The notes under the pieces: model-generated
Seen by the model: the letters and a program-made list of their open reading frames with translations, nothing else
Databases searched by the model: none
What the model was told of the DNA's origin: nothing
Shown: positions 11,491-25,652 of the stretch, piece by piece
Layout: every line of letters starts with the position of its first letter
Position numbering within the stretch: the first letter of the stretch is position 1
NCBI RefSeq assembly: GCF_902652985.1
Contig: NC_047017.1
Location: forward strand, 21,018,001 to 21,082,000
Reading direction: 5' to 3'
DNA from: Pecten maximus
Lineage: Eukaryota
Length of the DNA: 64,000 nt
Position numbers and translations under genes: made by a program

Positions 11491-14400
11491 ACTCGACTAA
11501 TGATACTTATGGATGGCGCCTTGGTTTGAATCTGTCTGGTTGTTCCTCAGCTATCATACTCTTACTTTGTAATGTGTTATCGAGCTATATTAGTACTGTA
11601 ATAATCTGAATTGATGCTGACCACAGTGTAATCATTGTTCCTTAAGTTAGAGAATTCTTTAATTAAATTTAAAAGAAATAGCAAGCAAAATACATAGTAT
11701 TTCAGGAAAGTTCCTTAACTAAGATATTTTCCTTGAATCCAATTATGCTTTCCCATGGAAATTTCAGAGTTACAGAATTCCCTTATGCTAAGAATTAAAT
11801 TGATGAAATAAAGGCCAAGAATTTTTAAAACCTCCTGAACTCTTAGAACATTTCAAAACTACCTGTTTCTCATGCAGTTATCTCCAATGATGGTGAAAAA
11901 TACCATTTTAGGATCGTGGAATCAGACCACAGCTGCTGTGTCAGCTCTCAAGAGCTTTAATGACTCTGTTTAATAAGGATTACGTTCCGATGCGACGGTG
12001 GCACCATATAAAAACATTTTTACTGTATCATTCAAAAGACGTTTGAAAATCATTGAGCAGTCATTAACACGGATCAGTTAGTAATACTGCATCATAATGG
12101 GATGTCAAATTGGGCACCTTCGCCTGTTATTTCGTACCACGTAACTCGTTGAGCACAATGTCATTTCCTGGTGACAGCACACCTGAGATTTAAGGCTGCA
12201 TCTTCCTGCAATTATACTGGTTTAAGGTTTATATCGGCCAAGAAAACATGTTATGCAAGCTTCTTCTCTAATAAATAGAATCTTTGATGACACAAATCAA
12301 GTGACAACAGTATTTTGTGTTGCTATATTTAGTAATAATCTACAGTAAGTTCTCCCGTAAATAACACATGCGGTCATTTGGCGAGTTAAACAAGGGGAAA
12401 CTGCTATAATTAAAGAAAGAGAATGTCCTAAGGTCGCAGCAAATGTCAGAGGATTTTGTAACAATTAGGAAAGATCGATTTGTTGTGGGACTACATATAT
12501 ATACCTAGCTTTAAATTAGCTTCTAAACCTTTAAAACAAACCTAACAAAACACAATTGTTGCCAAATAGGTTTTTTCTTACTCGAGTTCAATTACACAAA
12601 ACATCTTTTACGGTTATTTCAAACTTCAGATTGTTTATCAATAGTACAGGTTAGGAGAATCTGTTTAAGAGTAATGTGTTGAAAAAAAACTTTATCTATG
12701 TATTACAAAGGTTACATTCATTAACAAATCTTCAATAAAACACATGTTTCCCCGCTGCACTAATACCGTATTTGCGAAGCCTTACAAAGGTCATTCGAGT
12801 CATTAACACATGAATACTGGTTAACTTTCCGTGACTGATATTTACACTCAAAGTGTCACATCCTACCAATCTTACACACATCACTAATGGAAGTTATCTC
12901 GACTGTTTCTGTCAAATCTAATCCACTTTAGTCGACACATGATGCAATGTTTTTAAAATAATATTTCTAAAATGTCAATCAAATGTGTAATGTGAATCAC
13001 AAAAAGTGGAAGCACAAAACAATTCCAGATTTTTTAAAGAATGTACAGTATGTATCTGTTTTCATTTTAATGCCGCTCCCTGTCACCGTGACAACTTACA
13101 TGCTCTATATCCTCCAATCCCAGGTTACCTGGTCCATTAGAGAAACTTTAACCAACTTAAATGCCAAGAGTGACAAAAGGGCATGGCTGTGTGGGGCAAA
13201 TTGTCATGACATCTGGTTTTTTACCAAAGATATCAAGTTGGTATTATGTAAGTCAAAGAATTGTTGTCGTGGTTACACTCTCATACTGCACTCATACAGG
13301 AGCCAAAAGTACCTCACCATCCATAGATTTTACTGTATACCCATATTTCTTGAATTTCCAAATTCTTTCACTGAATATTCCTGAAGCCAATTGTGATGTT
13401 ATCAAACTTAATTTGATATACTGAACCAGTATTGTCTGAGAAACAAAAATATATTTTGAGCATTTAGTTTCATACACACAACAAACTTTTTCTCTCAATC
13501 TGCTGGCTTTCAAAAATAATAAATTTTTAACAATGTTCTTAAAATGACATTTTAATTATCTCATTAGTTTGAAATACTGTTCTTCTTGAAGAAGGCTTAA
13601 TCTGTTTTGCGGGAGCATTTTCCATAATATCAATTATTTTATAGTCTGGTTCGAAAGAATAATAATTCACTGTAATGCTGAAACAAGAAACAAAACCAAA
13701 AAAACATCCCAATATGTAGTGACGAGAGAGCAGCCCTTCTTACTGCCACCGGAGGAGAAGAAACTGTAAAACCATATACATCTCGGATCCCAGTGTAAGG
13801 TAAAATAGCCTACTGACTAATGGAAGTCTTCTCTAATTATAGCAGCTATTGTCGAGTCTGGTTTACTGGTCAAATTAATCCTCCCGATCACTTATCATTT
13901 CTCTGTCTGTAATAACACCGTCTTCCCTCCAGACATTATCCTAACACGGGCATGTGGTATTTCAGGAACACAAGACCGTGACCCTGTCTCAGAGGGTCAG
14001 ACACAAGGTCAGAGTCTTGTGAAGGACATACATGACAAAGAGGCTGTAAGGACCAGAACAAATTTACAATTGCTTTCTTGAATAAATGCAAACGAACCTG
14101 GCATATACAGTAATTTCTTGCATATTCCACTCTCCTTTAGATTGGCCGCACAAGCCAAAGCTAATTGTTTTATGAATTAAAGTTTGGAGATACGTAGCCT
14201 GCTGCGGTACATTTCCCGCGGGTTATCTATAAATGTCATGAATTTTACACCGTTTCAGGAATCTCATCTGTACCTTGCCGTTCAGGTTATCAGAAAGCTC
14301 ACACAATTACAGGTATTGCCTTGAAATTTTTTAAAATTTACAGATCGTTTGAATGAACAAATGTTTTAAAATTTAAATATTTAGACTTGTGTGTTGCTGT

Positions 14401-15609
14401 TTCCTTTGTCTATTACTGAGAATAGACCTTGTATTTATTGGAAATATTCTATGGTTTAATTGCAGTTATTATGGTGTTTGAAAAAATTGTTTTGTCAGAT
14501 AGCCTGCAGAAGGCATTTTTTAATGTTGCAGATCATTAATATAGCCTGCAGGAAAAACACAGCAAATTACAGCAAAGAAATACAATATGAACATATGGAA
14601 TTAACACGGAAACGAATACAGTGTTATATGCCTTAAACCTGTATCTCAATACCTATAATATCTCTATATATATTAACAAATATTTGTCTGGTTTTAGGTC
14701 CAGACATGGTACAGTATATGGTAACTGGACCTCCGTATAAAGGTCACCTGGCTATAAGGGCAACTATTCTCTACTCCCTTGAGGGACAGACTTGATGGTT
14801 AAGATAAAGCCAACACAAGTGGATCGCTTACTCAACCTACATTTTTTCTGAACATCTTTGACAATTAATGCTGATGTACCTTCAGGCAGCCTGCTGAAAT
14901 CAAGTTACTCAACACACATCGTAAGACTTCATTCCATGTCAAATGCACACCCACGCCAACACATTCACCCACAACTCCAATCTACAATTACACACCTTCA
15001 GCATTTCGGACTTATCCCAGTTTATGTACTAACACGTTCGGTTCAGACAGCATTAGTCCCTAAAGTCCCATCACTCACAGAAACGCTTGACAATGTCATT
15101 ATATATAATTATGTTTATACTGAAGCATAAAAAGAATCGTCATATGTTTTTATAACAGTAATTACATGTACTGAAAATTCATTCTCAATGCAGATTAATT
15201 ATACCCAATTGAACTTTCTAACGACTCTTGTAATGAAACTTATAATAAATTTGCTTTTAGGTTTTTTTGCTTTTTTTTTTTAATTTGATCTCATTCAATA
15301 CTGAAATGTCTGTGATATGAGACAAGCAGACAAGAAATATAAAAAAATCCACATGTTTTGATAAAATTAAAATATAAGGTTGTCATGAGTCATGACTAAC
15401 TCTGAGCTCTGGGAATCAATAGACAGATTACAGAGTTCATGTTTGATAGGTACCCATATTGGAATATATAATCGATGGAAGATATCTTACTCCAGCTATA
15501 CATGTAAACACAGGATGAGCCCAGATATTAGTAAATAAAGAGGTAGGTATCCTTTACCTTTGAAGGGCAATATAAATTATACATTCTATGGAATTTCCCA
15601 TCTTCATTA

Positions 15610-16320
15610 GAATTTCACCTCCAACCAAACCTTGTTTGGACCATACTAGTCAAACATTCAAAAGAACTCTACCTCTAATGAACTCTTGTATTAACCATAC
15701 AAATCAAACATTCAAAGGAATTTTACCTCCAACCAACACTTGCATAAGTTGCAAGGACCATACAAATCAAACATTTAAAGGAATTTTACCTCATACCAAC
15801 CCTTGTAAGGGCCATACAAATCAAACATACAAAGGAACTTTACCTCATACCAACCCTTATAAGGGCCATACAAATCAAACATTCAAAGGAATTTTACCTC
15901 ATACCAACCCTTATAAGGACCATACAAATCAAACATTCATAGGAACTTTACCTCATACCAACCCTTGTAAGGGCCATACAAATCAAACATTCAAAGGAAT
16001 TTTACCTCCAATGAACTCTTGCAATGAATTCTACCTCCAGCTAATCCTTGTATGGGCCTTACAAATCAAACATTCAAAGGAATTTTACCTCATACCAACC
16101 CTTGTAAGGGCCATACAAATCAAATATTCAAAGGAATTCTACCTCTAATGAACTCTTGCAATGAATTTTACCTCATACCAACCCTTATAAGGGCCATACA
16201 AATCAAACATTCAAAAGAATTCTACTTCTAACGAACTCTTGTAATGAATTCTACCTCCAACCAATATGACCATACAAATCAAACATACAAATGAATTTTA
16301 CCTCCAACCAACCCTTAATG
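15610..16320. repeat. 54-bp minisatellite, ~12 copies with truncated variants
   Basis: Unit ccatacaaatcaaacattcaaaggaattttacctcataccaacccttgtaaggg; explains the 18-aa-periodic ORF 15588-16148. Confidence 0.92.
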
Positions 16321-17109
16321 TGAGAACTAAGAGAGTTTTTAAGGATATGATAGAGCAAATTCTCATGTTTCCATGAAGAGAAAAAATATGAAGAAAACAA
16401 AACTGAGAAATTGTGAAAAAAACAACAAAAAACAAAAGTAAGCTTGCTTGAATTTAATGTTCCTTGTAGTTCATTTGCTGTGAACTACATATCTTTATTA
16501 CATATTTGTTGAATTGTTCTAGGTCCAAAATTGGAGAAATATTAAGATTTATTTAATGTTTCTCAGAATACTTCAACAGAAAAAGACAGAAAAAAAACAC
16601 AAAGCAACTCCACATTGGCCATAAAGACAATCAACATGTCTGTTATAGCAGAGGATAGTGGAGAGAAGCAGGCGAACCTACCAGTTGATATGTCTGCTTG
16701 AACAAGTCTGGCCAAGATAAAAGCCATTTCAAGTTCTCCATAACAATATAGCATGTTCACAAGCCAGTATTTTTGATAAAAAAGAAGCAAGACACAGATA
16801 AATTATGTAGTTTCAAAATCTAGGGAAAGTATTCTGTATTATATGATGGCAATAACGTTAGAAACAACTTTTTCTGCAGACAGACGTTTCAGGGCAAGGT
16901 TCCACAGTGGTAATCACAGAGGAAGTCACAAATTCAAATACATTTGATACATTAATCTTATTTATTTCTTGCTTTATCTGACTTTTGATTCATTTTCTTT
17001 TTTTTCTTTTTTTTTTTTTTGTGTACTAATTGATATACATTTCTATACATATATATGTAAATATACTAATTAATACAGATAATATTATCCACTTCTTTAG
17101 ATGAGTAGT

Positions 17110-17560
17110 TTTACCAGGTGGAAACAACTGTATGACATGAACATAGCTCCCCCTGGTGGCAACAACTGTATGACATGAACATAGCTCCCCCTGGTGGCAA
17201 CAACTGTATGACACGAAACAGTAGCTCCACCCGGTGGCACCAAATGTTATTATATGACACAAACATAAATGCCCCCTGTTGGTAACAATTTAAGACACAA
17301 TCATAACTCCCACTGGTGGCAACAACTGTAAGACACAATCATAACTCCCCCTGGTGGCAACAACTGTAAGAAACAATCATATAGCTCCCCCTGGTGGCAA
17401 CAACTGTATGACACAATCATAGCTCCCCCTGGTGGCAACAGCTGTATGACACAATAATAGCTCCCCCTGGTGGCAACAATTGTATGACACAATAATAGCT
17501 CCCCCTGGTGGCAACAATTGTATGACACAATCATAGCACTCCCTGGTGGCAACAACTATG
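17110..17560. repeat. 38-bp minisatellite, ~11-12 copies, each with a CTCF-like motif
   Basis: Unit tagctccccctggtggcaacaactgtatgacacaatca; the reverse complement contains TTGCCACCAGGGGGAGCTA. Confidence 0.92.
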
Positions 17561-18469
17561 CAACTGTTGAAGTGCCCCCTTGGTCTCAACTCTGTCTTGT
17601 AAACATGTGGCAATTATATCATAGTTCCTTTAAATTTTTAGACCTATATGATTCAATCATAATTTTGTGTAAAAGGAAAATCTTCTAAGATACAGAACAG
17701 AGTTCTGATAGCATTATGCATTAGTCATATTGGTGTAGACATCAGCTAAATTTTATTGGCCAGCATAAATTGACATTACAGGAAAATTTTGAAATTATAT
17801 ACAATTTCTATATACATGTACATGCAATTTCTATATACAATTTCTATATACAATTTATAATCTTATTTGGAGTATTTCTATAGGGACTTAACAAGAAATT
17901 TACAAAGTGTTCCAAAATTTGCACATTTTGCAATATCTTGTTTCCAAATGTGTATGTATGAAGGATGTTCCAATAGAGAAGTAATTTGTGCAAGTGTAGA
18001 ACCTGTCTGTCTGCCTCTACACACTTGTCCATCACCAGTCAGTGGTTCTACCAGGATGTATAACTACAGACAGATACCCAGCCCAGACCGATCCCTTTGA
18101 TTCAGCTCTCCTCCATGTTATTTATACCAGTAGAGATACACTCACACTATGTATTATCATGTAGACATTGTCTTATCCTACATATCCCCCTTTGTTTTCT
18201 GATTACATTGTAATCCATCATATTTATCATAGATAATGTAATACCTGTGTCTATCTTTTTGATACACCACAACTTCCTCCATCAGCAGTTCCAATCTATT
18301 ATTTTTCAATTTAATCATTGGCCCCGATAGGACAAACAGGGCTTCAAGATATGTTTTTATCAAGCATTGCACTTAATGAACCCATCTTATAGCTTTGTTT
18401 ACATCCTGTGTTCCTGTATAAACATAAATGCCCTAAACCCTGTTTTCCTATGCATATATATAATATGCC

Positions 18470-19410
18470 AAGTTATCTAGATATCCTATACCTATATATA
18501 CAATACTTAGATATCTGATACCAAGATATCATGTTCCTACATATCATATACATATATTCTCTACTAGATATTCTACACCATGATATCCTTAACATTAATA
18601 TCCTATACCATGATATCCTGTATCTAGATATCCTATACCGAGATATCCTTTACCATATAATGTCCTGTTCCTTGATATTGATACCTAGATATCATATACC
18701 TAGATATTCTGTACCTTGATATCCTTTGCCATTATATCCTACACCATGATATGCTATCCTGTACCTTAATATCATATACCTAGATATCCTACATATATAT
18801 ATCCTAAACCTAGATATTCCATACCTTGATATTCCATACATTGATATTCTTTACCTTGATATCCTATATCCAGATTTCATATACCTAGATATCCTTTACC
18901 TTGATATCTTTACCCTTGATATCCTATATCCAGATTTCATATACCTAGATATCCTTTACCTTGATATCTTTACCCTTAATATCCAATACCTAGATATAAT
19001 ATGCTTTGATATGATATCCTGTGAATAGATATCATATACCAAGAAATCATTTACATTAATATCACATGCCTATGTATATCCTAAACCTAGATATCCTTAA
19101 TAACTATAGATTTCTTTTATCTTCTTTCCTATACATATATATTTCATACCTATATATATGATACTTTGATATCCTATACCTTATCATATCCTCCTAAACA
19201 TTGATATCCCAGATATTCTATACCTATACAGACATCCTATACCTTAATATCCTCCTAGACCATGATATCCTAGATATTCTATACCTATACAGACACCCTA
19301 TACCTTGAGATCCTCCTAAACATTGATATCCCAGATATTCTATACCTATACAGACATCCTATACCTTGATATCCTCCTAAACATCAATTGATACCCTAGA
19401 TATTCTATAC
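18470..19410. repeat. Degenerate ~15-16 bp GATATC-rich repeat with secondary ~60-bp periods
   Basis: Word gatatcctatacct(a/t)g; 60-bp duplication around 18855-18975 and ~60-bp units at 19190-19410. Confidence 0.85.
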
Positions 19411-22400
19411 ACCAACACATTACGTTTATACATCTCTTGGCCCATTACCTGTAATTCTCACCTTTTCAAACCAATACCCACCAACCCCTCTATCTGCCAC
19501 AACATTGACCTCATTCTCTCACCACCTACAAATGCTTCTAACATCAAATTCTGGCCAATACCCCTGTCAAATATATCATCACATACCCTAATTGGAGTTT
19601 ATAGCTGAATTACAGTAACCCCCAACCCACCGTTAAAACACATGGCAAACTGTAATCAAGTCGATATTGGGACTCATAATCCCTTCATTACAACGGCTAC
19701 ATAGTGAAAGTGAAGTCTTTCTCTCACGGTAATGTCATATCGGTGAAACAAAGTCGAGCAGTTATGCGTTAGCTATACCAAAAATAGACAATCAAATTAC
19801 TACAGCATATTAAATTTTCATTACTTTAGCAGGAACAACAACACATTAAAGAAGACTAAGGGAAGTTTTTATATCACTAGTATAATATAGTATATACACC
19901 CCTCCCCTCAGTATAAAACACCTGACTTAACCTAAAAAGTACAAAAAAAAGTATAGAGTTTGCAAGAAAAACAAATAATTATGTAATTAATAGTACACAA
20001 AGACTCCTGTTATTGTTTTTCCTTTTCACATGATGCACTCTTTTTTGCTTCAAAGCTCTTTCCTGAAGGTTTTTTTTTTTCGGAAATTTTTACTTTAAAG
20101 TACATTTTTTAGAAATCCAATTTTACACACCTTTATATATATATTTCATTAAGCAAAGTTTAGCGAATAGTAATATGATGCTGTGATATGTTAGCTGAAG
20201 TTAATATTCAAGCGAAATCCTATTAGTGTTTGAGTTTAATGTACTTGTACCTTTCAACACTATAATGCATCACGTAGAACCGGCCTGAAAGTTTTCCAAT
20301 CGACCGAGTGAAAAATCAATGAAATAAAACAGTTCTTATATATATACATGTATATGCATCACAATAAAACAAGCCCTGGAGCAAATCCTACACTTAAATT
20401 CTAGACTAAGCTTGTCTTCCCATTCTCATGGCGATAAAGCTTATAGTTTTGAACAATAAAAAAATTGAGTTAAAAACATTGTACTTCAATTTGCTAAAGG
20501 AAATTCTTGTGTATGCAAGCATAACATGTGCATCTTATTCTAGCGTTACAAACTGACACCAGTCCTTCTTCTCAATGTATATCAATTCACAAATCAGATT
20601 AGGAAATGTTTTTATAAGATTTAAAAACCAGTAAAGACCTTGTCTCACAAGAGACACTGATCGGTCCTGTGCTAATTTCCAGTTTGAAGATTTCCTGTTT
20701 TGTCAATACAGCAAAGCCTACAAAATTAGAGCATTGTAAAAAAAAAAAAATACAAATGTGAAGTAGGTTCGACAAGCTAGGGAACGTCCCTAGTCAATCA
20801 AGACAAGGCGCAAACATACACCGCAAATGTACGACAGCAGACACCATCACCAAAACACAATACAAATATTGCATGCTGCTCCAACTCATGCCGATAGAGG
20901 CATGGATCCAAGTTCCTTAAAGACTGCTGTATTTCTGTGTGTCCTATGTGCACCTAAACGTTACACAGGGACATTCCAGAACTATGATCATCCCATCTAG
21001 ATTCCACGATTCCATGTCATGCCGCATTAGCATGTGAATCCAGTGATTAAATTCCCTCTATCCTGTTCTCATTTTTTTTTTTTTTTACAAAACTCATTTT
21101 CTGCTGTCTTTCTGTAGATCGGCTCCAGCTAGTAAGTAAATTATTTACAAACCAAATAATCGACAAAAGTTACTAGATCTTGTAGACACTGGACGTTAGA
21201 TGTCTGAGAGATGTCGCAATAAAAATACCTGCTTGTGCGATACATGTTTAAACCCCGCCATCCGATCCTCCGTTACACAATACAGTATATACAGTTAAGG
21301 CCTTGAAGCTATACTTTTAGTAATATACTTTTGTTAGAACCAATATTTCTGAATATAATTATTTAATTTTAAAATTTTAAGACAATTATTATATATATAC
21401 AAACAGTTTCAATGCAAGTTGAAGTGTACCAGCAGCATCCTTTTTGAACAGTTGAAATGAAAAGCACTTAAACTGTCACTTCATTATATGCGAGTAAACA
21501 ATTTGTAGTTTTTCCAAACCAAATAAGCACTTATAATCATAAAACTATATCACACTTCGTGAAACTTAGTCTGTTTTTTTTTTTTTTTTTTAAAGAAATT
21601 TGTGTTTGGTTGTGTAGAAACGTTTAAATGTACTTTACTTATCAAGTTTCAAAACATGTCAAGAACCAAGAAAAACTGTAGGTATGTTATCAAACCTGAC
21701 AAGTCTGTGAGATAAGTTAGCTAACAGGGTTGTGTTACTTCAGGAGAGACATGTACGATATATATATAATCTGCCGGAGACAAGTCCGTCCAGAGAGTTT
21801 CAGATGTTTGCATCCCTTGCAGTGAGGGGGTGTACATCATCATCTCAGGACATGATTTAGGATCAACCAGTGAGCCAGGAAAACCTAGCACTTGTTGACA
21901 CTATTTGATAATTAACTTCAGTCAGAGTTAATTATTTTCCCAACATTTTCGCCATTTTTATACCACCACTGCAAGATTTGAATGTTTACAAAAGGCAAAA
22001 ACAAGCAACAAAGTTCAACAAGAAAACGATTATTTAACTTGTTAGTGCCAAAATTGTAGACATTATTCCTAGCCATGGAAAGACAAACAGTTATATACAT
22101 ATTTCATATCACTTCATGTTGTTAAGTGTCAAGGATGTAGGTACACTTCTAATTTCTTCTGTCAAAATGTTGAGAAACTTCCAGAAGCTAAGGTGCTAAC
22201 AGGTCGAGACAAGCGTTAGACGATACAAACAACGTTTCCAGCGATGTTAAAGTTCTAAGACATTTTTCACACTGACGGTGCCAAGGCAACTTGACAGACA
22301 ACTTCGACTAAATTAAAAATCCACACAACACAACAAAATTGTGTTGAGGTGGCTGTACAGAATACAAGAGAGGCCTCATTAATGCAGAATATGTGTGAAA

Positions 22401-25400
22401 GATGGAATTCCTCCGTGAATATTAATGAATGCAAATGACTGGTTTGTTTTACATTTTCAATACACCTATAAGTTATAGACGCGCTTAAGACGACAGTCGA
22501 AGAATTCCCTTGGATTTACCAATGTGGATGGTACATAATGCTCTTAAACAACTGTGTTTTTAAATCAGGAGGCTATTCCCAGGAATCTGTTCCATATTTA
22601 AACTTGCAGACTTCGTCACCAAGAGATTTTGTCCACATCAGTAGCTGTATGTCTTTTACAGAAATAGAAGAATTCTGCCTCAGTCGGTACAAATCCGCAC
22701 CAATTTCACCTCAAAGTGCTTTAACCCACATAAAGATGTCTGTAGGATTTTATCAGAAGTTTCCAAATAAAAGAATCCAATCTCAGTTTCCAAATAAAAG
22801 AATCCAATCTCATCAGGGATATTATATTGGTCTGCGGTTAATATCGGAGTGATTCTTCACATGAATCTAAATTTATAACAGACCTATGTTTTGTTTCATT
22901 TTATTTCCGTTTACATACAAATGGATTGTGAATTGATATATTGGACAAGTTTATCAGCTGACAGTTAAGACCAATATCTGTAACTAATACACAAGTTTAA
23001 TTATTATCTGTGTCAAAAATTAGAAAACGATTCCCAAAAATTTCAATGGACAAATTTTAATCTAAATGCAGCCAGATACCATATCTGTAAGTGAAATCCA
23101 ATGCCTGTCAGCTCAAAATTTGTCGAGTTTTTATAACATGTTTTCATACATCATCAACACTTATAATCTAGCTGTCTTCCCATCTTATAAATTAGTCCTC
23201 CCACACATTCTCCATTTTCAATGCATAATAACGTCAGTCAAACATGCACAAATTCTTCTTCAACCCAACACAAGAAGTTCATGGTCATTCAGCAATAACT
23301 TAAACACAGAACTTGTAAGTAGTTAATCTACAAAAAACTAATAACCCTTAAAATTCAGTACCCTCTTACAATGTCATACATATAACTAGACATGTCAAAT
23401 ATAACCAATATTAAAATATATTTTCATTAGGTGTTTTAATTAGCATCCTGAAGGATTCACACCTAGCTTTAGAAATTCTGGTGCCAAATTTTTGTCAAAC
23501 TTGTTTTTTTTTTATCGCCGAATTATTTTATGCCATTTTTGTTGAACACTTTAAAACATCACTATATCTGCACTTACTGGAAGTACAACTCAAGAATTTT
23601 TGCACAATCTAACACTTTTAAGCACAACATTTCAAGAAACTATTGGAACCAAGAAAACAGTCTGTTATAATATATATCTGACACTCTTCGTTATTAAAAT
23701 TTATATAGGTCAAACTATAATTAAAATATAATGAAATTTGGCAAATTAAAAACTAAGAAAATAAGGTGTCAAGTGCTTTGTATCCAGGGCACCCAGCAGG
23801 CCTTAAATTGAGAGTATATATTATAGGTTTTTGACTCCCCTTAATGATACCTGATTTGTGAGTTTGAAGGGACTTGTCTAGTTGACATATGTTTTGACCC
23901 TTCAGATTTCTGGGAAGCAGTGATTTGACTTCCGTAATTCATAAAAGTCGAAGGTCAACCAGGATGCCCTAGCTGCTATCTATTGTGATTTTGTTATCAA
24001 TATGAACTGGACAATAAACATGTGTATTACAATAGTACCTGTACATGATATTACCCAGAAATTTGATATCTGCAAAGACACTAAACAAAATAAAAGATTG
24101 TATCAAACAATTATCTAAAAAGGAAATATTTCTCAAGCTATTTCCATTTTAAGCCAAATGCCACAAATCTTAATTTGTGTGCATAGTGATTGACATTAAA
24201 ACAACGGATATTGTTGACATCAAACTGTAAAATTATCTGATATTTGACAAACCATCAACAGAATTCTTCACATTAATCAAAGTCATCAAGCTTAATAATC
24301 ATTTAATGCTTTCAGACGGTTATTAACTGACTCTATGAAACCCAAGACAAATACTGAGAGATCGAAGCCCAGAATCTGTACCGTCCATCCCTATGCCTCA
24401 TCACATGTCTGGCTCCATTGACCAACCCATTTAATGGTCATTTCAGGACCTGTGCGTTAAAGCGCTGGCTCTCCCATCCTTATTTTATAATTTGATAAAT
24501 ATTGACAGAAGGCTGATAAAAGTCACCTTACAGCACTTATCCTCCAAAGTGACGTCCTGAAATCACCCACTAAAACAATCGGCCATCGGTGTACATCCTT
24601 CTACAGCTTACGGTTTATCTCCATGCTGTCAACATACCGTTTGTAGACCCTAGCTAGCTTACACAATAATATTATTGGATCATAGATTTAAATAATTCAA
24701 TTACTGAGACAATGTATAACTTCATTCTCTTACCCTAAAGAATTCACACAAAATATTAATAACAAAAACATATAATGTTTCTAAATATTTATCTCTGTTT
24801 TCTGACATCACAAGTACGTTTGACATTTCATTGGATACCAAGTTTCGTAAACGTAAGAAACAGGCGATAGAATCCTGATATTGTTTTCATGGCGTCTGTT
24901 TTATTAAATTTCTGGGATCCCTAAACTTTCTAAAAAGACCGAACTTGTTATTTTAATGAGCAATTGATATCTTCACTAAAACTATTAAAGGATTAAAAAT
25001 TCTGATAAGTACATAAAATTAATGAATATTGAAAATACACACAGAAATTGCTGACAATGTCATAGTAAAACCAAAGCTTGTCTGGATTCCGTGCAGGAGA
25101 ATAAGTATCGATAGAATGTCAAGGCAATAATTATATCTGATGCGGGCAGCCATCATTGTAAACATGTCAAAACGATTTCAAATAGTCAAAGCAGTAAACC
25201 AGATTGTTTATCAATGCTATTTGAGTCAAATTATTATCAAGCTTCATTACTTTGTCAATGTGTTAATTGTGGCGTAATCAGTATTGATTCGCCCCCTGCT
25301 GAGCCACATTGGAACCCCACATATACCAATCACTCGTGGTGCTCATTTTAAAACTGTCACAGTATACAGAGAGGTGTCATGGAGCAGACCATTGTCATAA

Positions 25401-25449
25401 GGATTCTCACTGCAGTTTTCAGGTTAATTAAAAAACAATTATACTGATA

Positions 25450-25590
25450 ATCAATATTTTACAGGTGTAACATCATCAATATTTTACAGGTGTAATATCA
25501 TCATTTACAGGTGTAACATCATCAATATTTTACAGGTGTAACATAATCATTTACAGGTGTAACATCAACATTTTATAAGTGTAACATATA
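25450..25590. repeat. ~21-26 bp tandem repeat, 5-6 copies
   Basis: Unit tttacaggtgtaacatcatcaatat, containing CAGGTG. Confidence 0.8.
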
Positions 25591-25652
25591 ATCAACATCT
25601 ATAGGCTTTACTGCTGTTAAAACTTCAAGCAGACAGGAAATTATGGCTTTAT

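Noticed and set aside
14710-14790. Possible Tc1/pogo-type MITE end (tacagt...aaaggtcacct...tataagggcaac)
   Set aside because: No partner terminus found; too decayed to support.
15588-16148. 186-aa ORF with an 18-aa repeat, and similar periodic ORFs at 6567, 38697 and 55941
   Set aside because: Unit lengths are divisible by 3 and stop-free by chance; frames break within or at the edge of the arrays.
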